Assembly (NCBI GenBank): GCA_964016885.1
Contig: OZ024751.1
Coordinates: 25,730,001 to 25,794,000 of the forward strand
DNA length: 64,000 nt
Origin: Eledone cirrhosa
Taxonomy: Eukaryota
Direction: 5' to 3'
Position numbers and translations under genes: made by a program. The stretch's first letter is position 1, and each line of letters starts with the position of its first letter. Shown here in pieces: positions 61,369 to 64,000 of the stretch. Below the pieces are notes generated by a model. That model saw nothing but the letters and a program-made list of their open reading frames with translations, searched no databases and was not told the origin of the DNA.

Positions 61369-61734
61369 CGTTCGTAGAAGCAACATCTTGTACGTGGTAA
61401 AACCAATTGATCCAATATGTTGTGTGTACATGTGTATAAATACTCGCAGATGATCTATATGTGTATATGTGTGTGTATATGTGAGTGTATAGATGTGTGT
61501 ATGTGAGTGTATAGATGTGTGTTGCTATGTGTGTGTATATATATGTGTTGCTATGTGTTTCTGTGGGTGTCGTCTGCTCTCTACAGTCTTCTATGTGTAT
61601 CAATCACACTTGTTTTCATCTTAATTTTATATTAATCTTTCCTGACATTTTCATCAAACGTTCTCACTTTTGTTGAATTGTTTTCATCAGAAAAATATAT
61701 CTAACATGTTTAACAGGTTATAACGGCAAACATT

Positions 61735-61847
<113 letters not shown>

Positions 61848-61950
61848 TCTCTCTCTTACACTCCACCCACATATATAGATTATACATACACACACACATA
61901 TACATTTATATGTATATATATATTTAGTCTTCACATTTATTATATATTAC

Positions 61951-62027
<77 letters not shown>

Positions 62028-62341
62028 CCATATATAATATGTATATATATATATGTGTATATGTGTATAGTTTATTTATATATATATATATATAAAAGTC
62101 GGTGTTGAAATAAAACAACAACAACAACAACAACAACAACACAACATATTAAATTAGTTCTACAATAGTGTTATCTCTTCATTATATGTTAATTCAGGGA
62201 AAATATAACACAAGAAATAGGTTTCTTATTATTTCGCTTTCTTTCATTTCATACTTTTGTTCTTTTTTATTTGTTGTTCTTCGTTGTGTATTATTATTTA
62301 GTATTAACATTTAGTATTATTTATTATCATTTATTATCATC

Positions 62342-62449
62342 AGTTCAAATCCCGTCGAGGTTAACTTTACCTTTCATCCTTACCCGGTCGATAAAATAGT
62401 ACCAGTAATGAACTAGGTAATTGCTGGCCTTGTGCCAAAAGTAGAAACA
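62342..62449 (+). mobile_element. 5'-truncated tRNA-SINE; a decayed copy follows at ~62525-62660
   Basis: B box, core and 3' end. Confidence 0.85.
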
Positions 62450-63042
62450 ATTATTTATTATCATTTAGTATTATATATTATTACATATTATTGTTTGTTA
62501 TTTGTTATTTATTATCATTGTTGTTGTCGGATATGCTTTGTGGCATGTAGTTACGGCTCAATGTATTCTGTGTTCAAATCACGCCGCGGATTAAAATAAA
62601 GCACCAGTAATACATTGGGGTCGATTTCATCGAGTTTACCCTCACTCCACAAATGTTTCACTCAGCTCGCTAACTATGTGTAGAACCTAAAATATAATGA
62701 CACAGCGTTCTCCATTAAACGGAGGATACTGGAAGAATCCATCCCCTATGTCAATGGGACGAAATTTGCCAGTTGCGTAACTCGGAGAAGTGAAATATAC
62801 TCTCACAACTGGCTTCAGGGAAACGCTGCTTAAATACCCGCCTCGACTGCTTTGTTTTGAAAATCGTCTAGACTGGATTAACTGAATTTATTTTTTTTCA
62901 AATTTTCAACTTAACCCCTGGGCTTCCTGTGTAACACAAGTTGCCTACCACGGCTTTTTTTATAATTACCTCCCTTTTCACACACATTATTCAAGAAATG
63001 TGTCTATTTTCATATATATATATATATATGAGCATTCAATTG

Positions 63043-63624
63043 GTAACTAATTAAAATTTAACGAGAACTTCAAATATAGATACCTTTCAATAATGCTTAA
63101 TCTCCTTTGTAAATATTTCATTAAAAAAAGAAATATATTTCACCATTAATCAGACATTCCCAGTAGTCAAATCCGGATCATCGGGAAAGAAGATTTAACT
63201 ATCTGTGTTTACACACTAAATGCAAATCTGTGGATGACTGGAAGCACGTGTGGCATTTTTTTTTTAAATGCATCCTTTCAACTGAGAAAGCTCAACAATG
63301 AAGGAGCCGTATATCTAACCAAAATTAAATTAAGGATGTCATGTCTAAGAAACATGCGCCATAACCTCTGTATAATATGCTCAAAGATTCTAAGGGATAG
63401 ATCCGGGCATTTATAAGTATTCAATTAAAAGGAGATTAATCATTATTGGAGATCAATCATTATTGAAAGGTATCTATATTTGAAGTTCTCGTTAAATTTT
63501 AATTAGTTACCTACGTGATTGTTTGATATGTTTATTTTATATATATATATGTCAGAACCTTTAAGCATATTCTACAGAGGGTATGGCGCATGTTTCTTAG
63601 ACATGACATCCTTAATTTAATTTT
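63043..63624. repeat. Interleaved inverted repeats (A..B A'..B') among (TA)n tracts
   Basis: 63043-63108 vs 63430-63510; 63320-63391 vs 63554-63624. Confidence 0.75.
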
Positions 63625-63625
63625 G

Positions 63626-63738
<113 letters not shown>

Positions 63739-63878
63739 CAAGAATAAATTAAATTAAATATTGAGTACGCTGAGATACAACCGGTACTGGCATTGCTAAA
63801 TATGCTAGGTCCGTCAACTCCTTATTATATATATAGAACGGACGTAGAACGGTGATGATGATGATGATGCTATATACG

Positions 63879-63945
<67 letters not shown>

Positions 63946-64000
63946 CGTATATATATATTTATATTTTTTAAACTAACACAATCCGTTATGAAGAACTCTA

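Noticed and set aside
60387-61603. 280-361 aa ORFs on both strands
   Set aside because: They arise from a 15-bp minisatellite that lacks stops in several frames.

Overview
AT-rich eukaryotic intergenic/intronic DNA saturated with (TA)n, (CA)n and (GA)n microsatellites. The SINE families and repeat density suggest an octopod cephalopod (inference). No host protein-coding gene can be supported, and nearly all ORFs in the track are microsatellite translations. Recognisable content: many tRNA-derived SINEs (several with target-site duplications); decayed LINE fragments (RTE-like, R4/Dong-like, Tx1-like); Penelope-like (PLE) RT and GIY-YIG fragments; a mariner remnant; two MITEs; several minisatellites. 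The main structural signal is a set of unrelated short elements, all embedded in (TA)n and all built as inverted arm + forward arm + unpaired tail. They carry type I hammerhead ribozyme motifs that I folded by eye. These include canonical cores, palindromic-stem-III minimal forms, U3-A8 and CAGAAGA core variants, and one abundant family that keeps only the 3' half of a hammerhead. The best reading is non-coding terminal derivatives of several microsatellite-targeting PLE families. No ribozyme activity or database identity was tested.
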